DNA from: Parasitella parasitica NRRL 2501
Taxonomy: Eukaryota > Fungi > Mucoromycota
Reading direction: 5' to 3'
NCBI GenBank assembly: GCA_025201805.1
Contig: MU619246.1
Location: forward strand, 335,067 to 399,066
Length of the DNA: 64,000 nt
Shown here: one piece after another, positions 36,901 to 51,399 of the stretch
Position numbering within the stretch: position 1 is the first letter of the stretch
How the letters are laid out: each line of letters starts with the position of its first letter
Position numbers and translations under genes: made by a program
Notes under the pieces: model-generated
The model's input: the letters and a program-made list of their open reading frames with translations, nothing else
What the model was told of the DNA's origin: nothing
Database searches by the model: none

Positions 36901-37722
36901 ATATTTTGGGTGGCATCATAACAAAAAAAGAGGCGATTAAATCAACTTTGGTAGCTACAAGGCTTCAACTAAATACACACCAGTTTTACACAGCAAGACA
37001 TGTTGGTAGAAAAAAAAGAAAGCGAAATACAAGCAAGGGTAGAACCTACAAGTATATAGCTGAGGTATCCCATAAGGTATGGTGTCATTATATATCTATT
37101 GTGAACATCGGATATAATAGAGTCGTTCAATCAAAGGCGGGCAAAAAATCATTCAGATGTTTACGAAACAATATAAAACTATTTTAAAATTATCATATAG
37201 TTGCATCAATTTCTCTAGTTTCCTCTTTTCATATCGTCATCGTGCCTTTTCATTTACAATTCACCAACGTCTTACAAAGTTGACGCCATAATATAGTACT
37301 TTAATCACTTTACTAATATTTGTTTAGATTTTCAAGAAGATTTCCGTCTTGCTGAAATAATTGCATGCAGCACACTTAAGCTATGACAATCGACGTTCCT
37401 TAATAGTTTTATAATGAAAATAATCGAATTAGAAGAGCAATCTCAGTATTCGTAGCCTAAGAGCAGTTGAGATATCTCATGAGCCTGAATTTTGTTACAA
37501 CCAAGGTTTTGTAATGTGTGTTTGGCGAAATTTGCAGATATCTTTAATACAATATTTAAAGTGTTTAAAAAAAAATTTATCAATAAAAATGATTTAAGCC
37601 ATGAAAAGGAAAAAAAAAACTAAAAGGGGAGTATATTACAAAGTGTAGTTTTTTTTTTCTTTTTTTTTTAGAGAAATGATAAAAAGTAAAATGCAAAATG
37701 ATTAAGGTTTGACTTTTGTAAT

Positions 37723-39760
37723 TTAATCAACCTCTTCGACAGTAGGTCCAGAGTCTCCACCACCAGGAGCACCAGGGAATCCACCGGGAGCGCCTCCAGG
37801 AGCACCGCCAGGAACACCACCAGGAGCGCCACCATTTTCTTGATAGAACTTCATCATGATGGGGTTGGCAGTTTCTTCAAGCTCCTTTTGACGAGACTCG
37901 TACTCTTCTTTGGAAGCTTCTTGTGAGTTATCCATCCACGAGATACATTCATCAATGGCTGCCTGGAGCTTCTGCTTGTCATCATCGGGCAATTTACCAC
38001 CAACCTTTTCATCTTGAAGAGTGTTGCGGAGGTTGTAAGCGTATGATTCAAGGCCATTCTTGGCTTGGATACGAGCAGCAGCAGCCTCATCTTCAGCCTT
38101 GTACTTTTCAGCATCGTTGACCATGCGCTCGATGTCTTCCTTGGAAAGACGGCCCTTATCATTGGTAATGGTGATCTTGTTGGATTTACCGGTGGTCTTG
38201 TCAAGAGCAGAGACGTTCAAGATACCGTTGGCATCAACGTCAAAGGTAACCTCGACTTGGGGAACACCACGAGGAGCAGGAGGAATGCCGGTCAGTTCAA
38301 ACTTACCAAGGATGTTATTATCCTTTGTGCGAGCACGTTCACCTTCAAAGACTTGAATAAGGACGCCAGGTTGGTTATCAGCATAGGTAGAGAAGATCTC
38401 AGACTTCTTGGTGGGGACAGTAGTGTTACGCTTGATAAGAGGGGTCATGACACCACCAGCTGTTTCAATACCGAGCGAAAGAGGAGCAACATCTAAGAGA
38501 AGAAGATCTTGAGTCTTTTCAGACGTGTTACCGGTCAAGATGGCAGCTTGGACAGCAGCACCGTAGGCTACGGCTTCATCAGGGTTGATTGACTTGTTGG
38601 GCTCCTTGCCGTTGAAGAAATCAGAAACCATCTTTTGAACCTTTGGAATACGAGTCGAACCACCAACAAGGACGATATCGTTGACATTAGCCTTATCAAT
38701 CTTGGCATCACGAAGGACTTTTTCAACAGGCTCCATTGTGTTACGGAAAAGATCTTGGTTCAGTTCTTCAAAACGAGCACGAGTCAAAGAAGTGTAGAAA
38801 TCAACGCCTTCAAAGAGGGAATCGATTTCGATTGTGGTTTGGGCTGCAGAAGACAAGGTGCGCTTTGCACGCTCACAAGCAGTGCGAAGACGACGAACAG
38901 CACGGGCATTGTTAGAAATATCCTTCTTGAACTTGCGCTTGAATTCTTGCATAAAGTGATCAACGAGACGATTGTCAAAGTCTTCACCACCCAAGTGAGT
39001 ATCACCAGCAGTAGCCTTGACTTCAAAGATACCATCTTCAATAGTCAAGAGAGAAACATCAAAGGTTCCTCCGCCCAAGTCGAAAATCAGAACGTTACGC
39101 TCACCCTCGACCTTCTTGTCCAGACCGTAGGCAATAGCAGCAGCAGTGGGTTCGTTGATAATACGGAGGACGTTCATACCGGAAATGGCGCCAGCGTCCT
39201 TGGTAGCTTGACGTTGCGAGTCGTTAAAGTAGGCAGGGACGGTAATGACAGCGGAGTCGACAGTGCCACCCAGATAGGCCTCAGAAGTTTCCTTCATCTT
39301 GACAAGAATCATGGATGAGATTTCTTCGGGAGTGAAAACCTTGGTCTCACCCTTGAATTCGACTTGGATGTTGGGCTTGCCCTCCTTGTCAATGACCTTG
39401 AAGGGCCAATGCTTCATGTCAGCTTGAATTTCAGCATCGCCGAAACGACGGCCAATCATACGCTTAGCATCAAAGACAGTGTTATTGGGATTCATCTACA
39501 AAAGAAAAAGGGGCACGTGAATTAGCAGAATGGACGCGATTGACGCTAATGTTGGAGGGGGGGGGGGGCTATCATATACTTACAGCAACTTGATTCTTTG
39601 CAGAATCACCAATGAGACGTTCGGTATCCGTAAATGCAACGAAGGAGGGAGTGGTGCGGTTACCTTGATCGTTTGCAATGATTTCAACACGATCATTTTG
39701 CCAGACACCAACGCAAGAGTAGGTAGTACCCAAATCAATACCAACAGCGGTTTTAGACAT
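37723..39760 (-). CDS. HSP70: Cytosolic Hsp70 (SSA type). Exons 39760-39584, 39495-37723
   Basis: [32 protein letters not shown] repeats and C-terminal GPTVEEVD. Confidence 0.98.
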
Positions 39761-39847
39761 ATTTTGTTTTGTTTGTATTATTCAATTAAAAAGTAGATAG
39801 TGAAGAATAAAAAAAAAGTTGTGGGATGGGCTGAAAACAATCGCCTT

Positions 39848-39897
39848 TTTATATCTAAAACGTTAGGCTCGATTTGCATGAAATTTCTAGAGGATTC
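39848..39897 (-). promoter_or_regulatory. HSP70 core promoter: TATA box and heat-shock element
   Basis: TATAAA (minus) at 39848-39853; alternating GAA-nn-TTC-nn-GAG-nn-TTC at 39880-39897. Confidence 0.7.
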
Positions 39898-40355
39898 CCC
39901 GTAACCAGATTGGCTATCATTATTCCCGAATCAGTTAGTTTCATGGGTTTATGACATAGCTCTTTGATTTAAATTTGATAGAGAATGCTGGAAGGATGTA
40001 GCAAAAAAATCACCATTGAAAAGAGAGGAAAAGAAATTGCTAGATCTTTGTTGCGTGGCAGATATGCCTCTGGTTCCTTCTACAACATTCCCTTCCTCCC
40101 AGCCCCTTCTCTCTCTCACTCCCCCTCTCTGCTCTCCACTCCTCCCCTCCCCCCCCCCCACTCAAGTGGAAGCGCATTTCGCAGATACAGCCTCTGGGCC
40201 ATTACTTTGTGTTTGGAGAGAAGCAGAGATATACAGACAGCTTGAGTGACGTGTGCACCAAGTGAGTCAAACAAGTCGCTTTGTTTTTGCTTTTCTCTGC
40301 ATCAAAAACCTCGAGCCCCCAATAACAGAACACCAGAGCCCTGCTGTCTAACATT

Positions 40356-41499
40356 ATGGAGAGTACAGAAGAAGGAAATGCATATGGTAACAATCTATTG
40401 TAATTCTCTTTGCACAATTGTTCGCGCTAAAACACAACAACAACAAAAAAAAAAAAAAAAGACTCCAACTTAGATGATTCGCTTTCATCTTCTGGAAGCT
40501 CTTTACAAAGTTGGATAAGCTGGTTTTGCTCTCTCTCTGGCCACGAGTATTACGTCGAAGTGCCTGAGGATTTTATTGAAGACGAGTTCAACTTGACGGG
40601 GCTATCTTCCGCAGTGCCTTATTACACTCAAGCACTGGAGACAATTTTGGACATGGAATGTGGCGAGTTTTTCGACGAAGACGATGATGAAGAGGACGAC
40701 GACGAGGAGGGAGATGGACGGCAAGACGAGTACAATCTAACTCAGATAGAAAACTACTACAACAGCAACAACAATACCATAGACGACGATTTTTGGAGGG
40801 AAGACGACAAAACTCCAAAAAGACTCAAGGTCCAAGACCCGCGTGTTGTCGAGCCGTATGCATTTATGCTGTACGGATTGATCCACCAGCGATACTTGCT
40901 GACCAGAAATGGCTTAAGGCTAATGGCCGAGCGTTACTCAAACAGTCAGTTTGGGACATGTCCACGATATCACTGCAATGATTCTCCAGTGTTGCCCATG
41001 GGTCAGTTCGATGAAACAGGTCGGGAGAGTGTTCATTTGTACTGTCCAAGATGTCTGGATATTTATAGCCCACCTAGCTCGATTCACCGCAGCGTAGATG
41101 GTAAGATGATGTAGTAGGTAGGACTTGATTGGGATTTCGCGCTAATCTTGTATCGCACGGTAGGCGCGCATTTTGGATCCACATACTGTAATCTGCTATT
41201 TCTTACCTACCCAGAACTGGTTCCTAGCCCAAACTCGCATATCTATCAGCCGCGTATTTTTGGTTTCAGAGTGAATCCCAAATCTATAGCAGGCCCACGA
41301 AACCAATGGTTACGAATGAGACCCTTGGAGTATATAAACGATGATGAGGACGACCAAGACGACGCTGTGCAAGTAGATGACGATGAGGTAATCTGCACAG
41401 TAAAATCCAGGTGTACCTCGGGTGAACTAAAATATCCCTTGCTAGAATGTAGAAACATTGGTATTTCAAACCTATTCGTTGAAAATCAATCATTTTTGA
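40356..41499 (+). CDS. CKB1: Casein kinase 2 regulatory beta subunit with long acidic loop. Exons ~40356-40386, 40474-41100, 41164-41387, 41446-41499 (last exon tentative)
   Basis: SWISWFC, EDFIEDEFNLTGL, LYGLIHQRY, CPRYHC...YCPRC zinc finger, DGAHFGS and YQPRIFGF. Confidence 0.9.
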
Positions 41500-42285
41500 T
41501 TTGTATTGATCAATGCTCTATACTAGATATGAAAGACCCATTTTATTTTATTGATAAACCACAGGCTTTAGAACTAAAAAAAAAAAAAAAAACTGTACAT
41601 ATTGTGCTTATTATAATGATGCATACACACTGTAAACTGGAGATGTCTTGTACACTTTTTGAACGTTGATAATCAAATGATGACATGATTACATTTCTGT
41701 TTCACTTATAATTCAATGCAGGTTTTGGGGGCTCGTTCTGCTAGTTTCGGCAATTCCCAATGTATCAAATTCGGGGATGAGATGACATACACAAATAATG
41801 CCTTTCCACTGGAGGACAAGCGTCCAATATCCAAAGATACATTATGTTTTAAGCAACGTCAGCCAAGTACACTTGAAACAACATAAAAGCAAATTTTAAA
41901 GATGGACAGCACGAGTACGTCAATGTTTACAGCAAATAAAACACAGCTTCTTCCCATACTGCCTACATCACTTGTATGAATCTACTTGCATTTTCTGATT
42001 GCATGTAGAACGGTATACGGTATCATGTCTTTATGCTTAATTAGATCGTCACTTGAGCAAGCCAAAACCCAAATTATTCAAAATGAAGCACTCTACGATT
42101 TATTACGTAACTGATATTGAATTTAGTGGCATGAAGAGCTATTTTTAGCCGTAAAAAATGGTGCAATATCACTAAACCCCATGATTTATTTCATGACAAG
42201 TCTGCATTACATTGTATATAGCACCATGTCTATATAACCTTATTATAATATACACTATTAATACAAAATACACAGAAAGGACCCA

Positions 42286-43077
42286 TCAAGTTGAAGTGGA
42301 ATGTGATGATCCATCAATACTCTTTTGCTGTTTTTCCGACAGTCTTTGGATCAAAGCATTCAAGTGATGCCCGTGGCTATATCTACAGTAGCCCATTGCC
42401 ACACTCCATTGCCAAAGCAGCTGTCTCTTCTTTTTCCTTTGATAGTTTCCATTTATTCGATTGATGATTGTTGATGTCAACCGCTCTTTCTTTGATTTCC
42501 ACCGCTTTGTTGGATTTCGATGTAATGGTAAATTGATAGCCAAATACTGCTGCTGTGTCTGGTTTTTGCTTTCATGCATTGTATTATAGTGCTTCAAGCT
42601 GTAGGGCAAGAGAATCCTGTTGCGCTCCATTGCCTCGTCCACAGGCTCTTCAAAATCCATATTGTATCGATGCTCGCTCAAGTAGTAGTCGCTTGACGAT
42701 ACAATGCCTACCAAAGTAGCTGACGAGTCAAACGACGGAGACCAATTCTGAGTGCATTTCTCTTCATCGTCCAATGCCGTTTGTGCAGGCGACTGCACAG
42801 AGGAGCTGGTAGCCGCTAGTGCATTCATGCGAGCAGTATGCTTTCTCCAGAATTTCTCGACTCTCTGTCTCTCCAAGCGAATTTGCTTGACTCTGCGTCG
42901 GCGAAATCTCCAAAAGCAATAACGGAGGATCAGAAAGCTTATGTACAGTGCGCCTACGCATATCAAGAACCACGGCATCACCAAGTTGTATGCCGTTGAA
43001 TTGGAAATGGATGCGGGTTCTTGACTGATGCTGCTTGAATAGTTTTCGTTGTCAAGAATGGCCACTGTCTCAGACAT
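42286..43077 (-). CDS. Hypothetical single-pass membrane protein (263 aa)
   Basis: Intronless ORF with an upstream TATAAAA and a hydrophobic segment (aa ~33-56) followed by RFRRRR, consistent with the positive-inside rule. Confidence 0.7.
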   Translation of the reverse strand: MSETVAILDNENYSSSISQEPASISNSTAYNLVMPWFLICVGALYISFLILRYCFWRFRRRRVKQIRLERQRVEKFWRKHTARMNALAATSSSVQSPAQTALDDEEKCTQNWSPSFDSSATLVGIVSSSDYYLSEHRYNMDFEEPVDEAMERNRILLPYSLKHYNTMHESKNQTQQQYLAINLPLHRNPTKRWKSKKERLTSTIINRINGNYQRKKKRQLLWQWSVAMGYCRYSHGHHLNALIQRLSEKQQKSIDGSSHSTST

Positions 43078-43514
43078 TTGTGCATAAAATGGGAATTGGG
43101 AGAAAAAATGAGCGATAGATGATGTTCACAAAACCATGCCTTTTATATCAGGGTCCTGATGATTTGTTATGTAATTTCGCATGATTTTTCATCTTAGCGG
43201 TTGAAAAAAATACACAATGGCTCATATCTCAATGGGATAGCGGGAAGGTTGACCGAGCATCCCTTGATGTGGCTGCAATCATCATTCATCTTCAGGTGAG
43301 GGCATATGGTACGGTAAAATGAACGGGCCAAAATAACATGGAATAGGGGGGGGGAGCGACTTTATTTGGTATAACTGTTCGACTTTTTTTTTGATTCTTT
43401 TTTTTTTTTTTTTTTACAGAAAAATGATGAATATATAGACAACGAAAAATAATAGGGGGGAATAATCAAAAATCAATGCAATTCAGTATTATTATATATA
43501 CACATATTTTTTGT

Positions 43515-46033
43515 TTAGTTTTGGTTGATCGACCTATTCGAACAAGAGTTAGTCGAGAGCAGCTTTTTTCTCACAGCGCTAAAATGCCAGTACTAACCTT
43601 GAGACACTCTCAAACAATCTTTCAATATCTGTAGCGCAGCGAGTGAATGCGTGATTCCAGAAGCTGTAGCGGGGATTCTTGATCAGCTCGATAAAAGTGA
43701 TCAGCAATCCCCAGGGATGAGGTCGATTTACGATAAGACGCTCTAAAAGTACACGGGTGATCTGCTCCTTGATAATTTCAGCGTTACTCTCTACAAACAA
43801 ATACAGAATGACACAGCTAAAGTAGTGTGTGTGGCTGTTGGGATACCGAAGCTGGTTGGCAATTGCGCTGAGGAACAGGTAGCGGCCTTCAGAGTCGAGT
43901 CCGTTCAGCAGGTCTTTGAATATTTCGACGGGAGCCCCTTCGTTGATGGGGATACCTTTATTTACACCCACAACGCCCACGTAGAACACCAGAGCATTTA
44001 TCATTGGCACATTGTACTCTGTCTTGTCTTGCTCCAGCATGAGGCGGGATGGCAGTTTCGCCAGGAATTGATTGCTCGAGGCGTGCGATTCCAAGTACGC
44101 ATCAATGTCCTTCTTGAGATTGTTGTGGTCATTCTTGAGAACAGAGGTATAATCAGAGAGAATGTTGGGCGATTGATTGATTTCCGGTAACAGATCGACC
44201 TTGAGATTGGGCGTAAAAGGATCAGGGAGCCTCATGTTGCGAGGAAAGGCACTGAGGATGAGGTTGCGGAGCTGTATGCATGAGAATGGAATTACATCAC
44301 AGAGACTGTAGTGGTAATCACAGAGGAACTCTGGGAAATCATGCACCAACACAAGCAGCACTCTCAGTGTTCCACGATAGAGCAGGCGAGTCGTGTCCTT
44401 TAGCTGTGTGTTGCGCAAGAATGGGCCCAAGAATTTGAACAAGCAAATAAGTAAACGCTGAAAGGTAGGCCAGCCCTATATGAATCCGTAATAGTTAAGC
44501 ATCTCATGTACATCAAAGCAGATGCTTTTCGCTTCTTTATTTTTACCTTTTGATTCTCTGCGAGCAGCAACTTTGGCATAAACAGTCTATGAGAAATCAG
44601 CTGCAGCCAAGCAAACGTAAACCCAGGAAACTGAGACGGCTGCAATGTGTGAAACGTGTTGCCCATAGCTGTCAGAATCGGGATGTAGATGGTCTGTAAC
44701 TGCTGTTCCGCTGCATGCAGGTCACTAAACAAACTGGTGTACAATCTCAAGAATGGGCGCTGGTTAAACTGCTGTTGGCGCTGCTCATGGTGCTGTGCAG
44801 CCACCAGGGCGATGATGGACAGCACCTTGTTGAACAATGAGACACGACCAGCATCCTGAGCGTCTGCAGTAGGTGTGCCGATAGGAGTGGATGGCTGCCG
44901 CAGCTTCAACAGGCTGATTACCAGTCTGGAGAATGCATCAATTGGCTGATACGCCAGACCAGCTGATTGACTGGGCAGCTGCTTGTATTTGATGGCATGC
45001 TCAATGCTTGTCTCAATGCAGACTCGGTAAAAGAGGGACGACACGTCTTCCATTTTGAAAATCCCCTGTTGAGACAGTTGCGCTACAAATGCGTTCAACG
45101 CCTTGTCGGATGTTGTGGGGTGTTGGTAGATGCGAACCCATTCAGTAAACAGGATGCGAAGATGCTCGCGAAGCCCGTTGTCCTCCTCTTGGGGTGGCGC
45201 TAAACCGTCGTACTGCTGATACTGGTGCTGCTGCGAAATCAACGGTGTCGGTGTTCCCGATGAATTTGAGCTGGAGGAAGGGACAAGCGCTGCCCGTCTT
45301 CTCATATCGTCCATCAAAATCAGCACGCTGTCAGGCACATTGCCTCGCAATCGACCAAGCGCTTCCAAAGAAGCCATGAACTCTTGACGATTTGCCAGTG
45401 GGACATCATCAAACAGGCAAGAGCGGATCAAGCGGGCCGTAAAGTCAATAGCGCTCATCCTGCCATTGTCAATCAGATTAGCGAGTTCTTGGTCTTGCTC
45501 TGGCAAGTTGATCAGGTGGGCTTTGATCAGCGCAACAGTGACAGGTACATTGTATTTGCGTTCATCGTCAGCATGAGTCAGCCAAGACATAACAAGTGCG
45601 CCGACATTAGGCGACACATCGCATAGTCGTTCTAGTAAAGCAACGTACATTTCACGACCCAACTGCGTCTCGCTCTTGTAGAGTAATTGCACAACCTTTT
45701 GGGCGAATGTGCGAGCAGCCTCTGCCTTGTCAAAGCTAGACATAGCCAAAAGTGGGATTTGACGGACAAGGATAATGATGTCATGATGCATTGGAAGTGC
45801 ACTGAAGCTAGGAACATTAGTCATGCCAACTAGTTTCTCTAGCTCATTGATATATTGAGCAAATCTTTCCAGTATTTGGTGAGCACTAGCTTGCTGTTGC
45901 TGCTGCTGCTGCTGTTGTTGTTGTTGAGAGGTTCCAATGTCAAAGCTGGAAACAATGTTGTTATTACCATAGCCATTCAGTTGTTGCAATTCAGGGCGTG
46001 TGCGTAAAAGGCGTTGTTGTTGATCGAGGATTG

Positions 46034-46090
<57 letters not shown>

Positions 46091-47788
46091 CCATCATTTG
46101 TCCAGCAGATGCAGCAGCAGTTCTAGGAATACGAGTGAAATCTTCATAGACACAAAGTTGGCTTGCGTGGAGTCCATTGGGTTTGGGACGCAAGGGCTCG
46201 GGCAAGTTGGTCGGGTATCGCGACATGGCTAGAACATTCATGTCAAAGTAAGGCTGAGCATTGCCACGAGCCTGCTGCTCTCTATGTTTCTTACGACTAG
46301 CATAAGCGCTCATCAATGACTCATCCACCTCCACCGTCACTTTCTCCGTTGCAGTCTTTTCAATAAATGTGCACACTAAATCCAGATTGTCGGCGACAGT
46401 CAGCATGGCAGCTTGCTCAGCGACTACTTCGCTAAGGCCGTTGGCTACAAACAATGCACGCATGTGGTTCACCATGCTCGTGCGAAGAGGGTCTTTGCAA
46501 GTAACCATGGCCAGACTTCCGGCTAAACTTTGCGCCATCAAATGCGCTGCCTTTCTCATCTTGTTTTCATCCGATTCCATGGCGAAATCCTTGGCAACGA
46601 GCTCTTTGGTAGACACCGAAGCAATAGCAACGGATCTTTCGACTACAGGTCCGATGATCTCACGGATGGCTTGAGTGACAGCTTGAAGCACCCAACGCTT
46701 GGAATTAGGTTGAGTGCTGTACATGACGATTTGTGGGTTGAAGGTCAAGTAGGGGCCCAAGTTGGGGATATTGATAGGCGCACTTTCATCATCAATACTA
46801 TCGTTGGAACCAGCCTGAGGAATCAAGTTGGTGATGGGCGGACGACTGGTCAGTGTATGGCTGGCTGGTGCAAAGGGGGAATTCATGCCCATGGCATCGT
46901 CAGGCCTAGCAACAACAGCTGTGGTGGTAGGTGCAGTGACGAGCCGTTTGCCATTGGGCGGTCTTGTCTTTAAAACAAGAGTCGGCTTCATGCTACCAAG
47001 TTCCACAGATAGACTCTTGCAAAGCACCTCAATTTCAAACTTGAGATTGAGTTTGAGATTGGCGTTATGATACAACTCGACCAGCAGCTTCAAGATGGCC
47101 ATGATCCAAGGGTTTGGAGGAACAAACACTTTGTTTTTAACGCCCTGTTCAAGCACCTTGCAGACAAACGGAATCACCACAATCAAACGATTGGTATCGT
47201 AGCCCTCCAAGAGCAACTCCTTGAAAGCAATGAATTTCTGGACGATAGGCTTATTCTGAGCTAAAGTCATTCCGCCAAGCCAAGAACCCAGGTTCTTCAA
47301 CAAGGTGCGCTCAGTTGATGAGGACACTGTGTTGTCAGAGTTTAGCAAAATCTTGATGTTGGCAAACGTTTCGCGCAAAACGTGTTGATAGAGCAAAGAG
47401 CTGTCGACCGATTGGAGCAACAGAATATACAGGTCGTGGTAATTTGGCTCCGTGCTAGCGCGCTTGACAACGAGGTAGTTGCTGAACCATTGGTATGCAG
47501 ATTGGTGGAGGTTCTCTTTGAGATCAGAGGATTTGACATCCAAATTATTGAGTGCGACATTGTTGATGATGAACAGTATCTTGTCTTGAGTAGCTTCGTT
47601 AGGGACTTGATAATTGATGTTTTCGTCAAGGGACATTTCAGGAACATGGATAGCAGTAAAAATGACGGGTGCAGGCGCATTTACAGCAGCCATGGTGTTG
47701 GATGTAGAGCTAGCAAGCGTAAGGGCGTTTGAGGTGGAAGGTTCGGGTACTAAAGGGTCTGATAAGTCTGGCATTAAGCCTTCATCCT

Positions 47789-47825
<37 letters not shown>

Positions 47826-49935
47826 TAATTGATGCTGCTGAATCCTTCCCATTTGCATAAAGCCCTCTATTAGCAGAATTAAATCTGGATTGGCTTGTTG
47901 AAGGGTGGGAGTCTGCAGGAGATGAGCGCAGTACTGAGGCCATTCAGGTAGACGGGATTGAAACTGAGCGAGTGCCTGGAGACCAAAATTGTACATTTTC
48001 GAGCCAGGCACATTACCCAAAGCATCCAAAACACATCGCAAAGCGATTCCCAGGGGTGCATAAGACACGAGTCGGCTCTGGATCAAAGAACCAAACAAAA
48101 CGCTGGTGATGGCCAACTCCTTTTCAGGGTACTTTGGGAAAAAATGATACTCATCAAACAGATTGTGGATCATGCAAGCGAAAACGTCCTGCTCGCGAGA
48201 ATCGTGGGAGGTGCTAAATCTGGTCAGCGTATCAATCATTTCCTTGATGGAGATTTCTCCGCTGTAAATACGTTCGTAATACGAGTTGGCTTCGTCCTCA
48301 ATGTCCTGCTTAAATGCCACGTCGCCAGTGGTTGCAGAGGCAACGATCGAGTCGGCTGAGGTGGGTTCGTTTGTCATGGGCAATGCAATGGATTTTTGCA
48401 TGAATTTGACGTATGTGCTGTGAATATCATACAGCAGTTCTTTCTCTTGGATCGTCAAGCTATTCGAGCAACTAGGGGATTAGCCTTTGCCAGTGGGTCG
48501 TCATGCATTTCCTGCCTTACCTGTCTGAGATAGTCTTGATAAACACATTCACAACGTCCATCGAGAGTGGCACGGTGATGGGCGCAGAGTTCGATTCCTG
48601 TCTTCCCGCCTCGGCTCTAGCCTTATTGCTCAGAAATTTCAAACAAGCTTGAGAAAACACAGCACCGTGCTCGCTAATCTTGTCTTGCAACCACTTTTCC
48701 AAGTTGAGATACTCACGACGAGTGGCCAACGCAGCTAAATCAATGGTGAATAGGAAAGGTTGAATGTCGAGAATGGTAGGAAGGATCTATAATTGATTGC
48801 CAATAGGTTAAGTGCCTGTGCAGAAAAAAAGAACCAACTAGACCTGTATCTCTAACCTTCAACTCATGGACAAATGCTAAAATGCGAGTAAGCGATGTTG
48901 GTTCTTGACTGTAGAGGTCGACAAGGCTCTTTTTAAACACGTCTGGCTTGACTCTCCAGAATTTAGTCATCACTAGCACGCTGCTGGTACTGCCTGTCAG
49001 ATAAAAATTGGTCAAGCGCTTCAATATATCCTCATGAACAGCATTGGCTATAGGCTATTTCGAGATTGATTGAATTATAAGCAAAAAAAGAACAAAAACA
49101 AAACAAAACAAAACAGGTAAAAAAACAGCGAGACACAGCTCACACACCCACGCGCAACTTACATCTATCTGGAGTAGCCCCATGAACAAAAGCTCAGGCA
49201 TCTTTTTAACCAAAATATTTTCCAGCAGGGCTTTGGCGTCGTCGGCTACAGAAGTGTCGGCAAGTTGAATGATGCGTTCGATGAGATCAAGCGAATTGAG
49301 CTGTTCAGAAGCCAACTGCGATACCATCGAACGGATGTGTACGCTGGACTGAGCATAATCATCTGCTGCGATTACGGTTCTCTTGGAGCAAGTAATCGCA
49401 TTTACTAGGTCGGTGGGTGCGATGGCGATCTGGTACAAAGCAGTAAGCTGCCCCTTCAAGTTCTCCCATTTACCAAAGAAGATATTGGCAGGGAAAGTAT
49501 CGTCGTTTGGACAGGATTTCCACGCTCGAACTAATATATCCAGCCCTTTCCCATCAAATAAAAAGAAATGGGGGTAATCAAGGAATTGGTATACTTTTGC
49601 CCAATTCAGCTCGGGGGCCTATTTTTTGCGTTAGGGCACAATCGCTTACTGTTGCGGGTGTCGTCGCTTTTGCTTACCTTTTCTGCAACCACATTTACAA
49701 AATTTTCAACTTTCCAGGTGGTCTCTGCCGTGGCATTGTTCTCTGAAATGCCTACGCCCGTCATATTTATGTGCGTGCGAGCCATGCTGCCCAAAACCTC
49801 TGCCACGTCCTTTTCTCTAATCGTTACGTCCCCAAGTAGCTCTCGCACGGATTGAAGTGTACTGCAGCAATCGTAACCAGCTTCCAATATCAGGTCGAGT
49901 ATTTTGCTTTCGGTGTCATTATTATATTCAGTCAT
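43515..49935 (-). CDS. NOT1: CCR4-NOT scaffold subunit NOT1 (multi-exon), apparently starting after the usual N-terminal domain
   Basis: [75 protein letters not shown] and [12 protein letters not shown]. Confidence 0.95.
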
Positions 49936-50442
49936 GGCTAGCTTTTACTCTAATTTTTGTCGAGCAAAAAAAGGAAACACGTTAGTTGGCTTTTGAAATG
50001 TCGAGATTTTTGGGGCATTCCATACCTTTTCAACTAAGGTATTTGATCTTTCAAATGATTCTCTTCTTGATCTCTCTCTTTCTTTCTTTTTTTTTTTCTT
50101 TATTTTTTTTTTTTTTTTAAAGACAATATTAATTTATCTCTACAAACGTTGGTGGCATCAGAATCAACAGATGCACAGAAGGCACCGAAAAAGCAAAAAT
50201 ATAGACAAGTTTTTTTTATATAGATTATAGATTCTTATAAAAAAATATATTTGTAAAAGGATTTAAAATTGAAAGGGGAGGGGGGTTGTATGAGGAACAT
50301 TTTCCCTTAAACCTTTTGGACCAAGCTTCTAATCTAGTCACAAAGAAAAGGGTCACCAACTGTGGTTCTCAATTGCATTACTGTGCTTCCACTCGGTCAA
50401 TTGCGACATTGGAATGTGAGGTGAAACTGCTGATCATTGACC

Positions 50443-50486
<44 letters not shown>

Positions 50487-51399
50487 GCTTATTATAAATG
50501 AAACTTTTTTCATGAGGATGGCCATAGTATTATTGTAGCTGACTCTGGTAGAAAAGCAGCTATTTTCATTTGTGAACCTGTCTTTCCACCTAACAAATCT
50601 GACGAAACTTGGTGAATACATCAAGCACAAAAAAGTAACTATTATCGAAACAGGAAAAAAAAATCTCAAGGATACAGTTCCAGTCAAGAAGAGACTTTCG
50701 GTTTACAACATTTGCACAAACACAAATTGGTTGATATATTTCTATTTTGTCAAGAAAAACCGATGAAACCAGTTAAGGCTGTCTAACTAGCGCAGACAAT
50801 TCTCCAATTATTTAGAAGAGAGAAAAAAGAATTAGCAACATGTAAACACTCGGAGACTTTAAGCTTAATAGGTTGATGTAAATCAAAGAGCTTTGGTAGT
50901 TCCTATTTATTCAGGATATAATTATGCTGCTTTTAGCGTGTGTCATAGTAAGACATTCAAAATTATTCTTTGCAGTAACCCTTCAATATTACTCTTGGAC
51001 TTGCGTCTCTTGACCTTGGTGTGTAGCTAAAAATTGTAAACAACGGAATAAGCACCTATAGACAAAATAATCTTTGCTGTAAACCTTTTTACCTTTTGTT
51101 TCATGCTTTTTAAAATACTAGGACGAACAGAGCAAACGTGTTTTGTAATATGCAATGCCTTTTCATATAGCATAAAGACGATCCCAATCCTACATAGAAG
51201 CTGCATTGGGAAGTAATTCAACAAGGATTTTAACATATGGTTTTCAGCCTACACAATTATCGTCGAATAGCGGAATTAAAGGTGCCATCAATCAATTAAC
51301 TTGTAAGATACTTGACTTCAATTGATAACAAATTTCTCCTTTTTCCTTGTTGATGAAAGATAGTACCATACTGTAACTGCTGCCTAGTACAAGCAAAAG

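Noticed and set aside
36890-36919. Possible third MPP- micropeptide (MMPPKI*)
   Set aside because: It stops after six codons and lacks DRP and LPRP. No further family copies were found by eye.
38635-39318. 227-aa ORF antisense to HSP70, and similar antisense ORFs over GLT1, NOT1 and the ZNFX1-like gene
   Set aside because: Expected shadow ORFs from biased codon usage in conserved genes.
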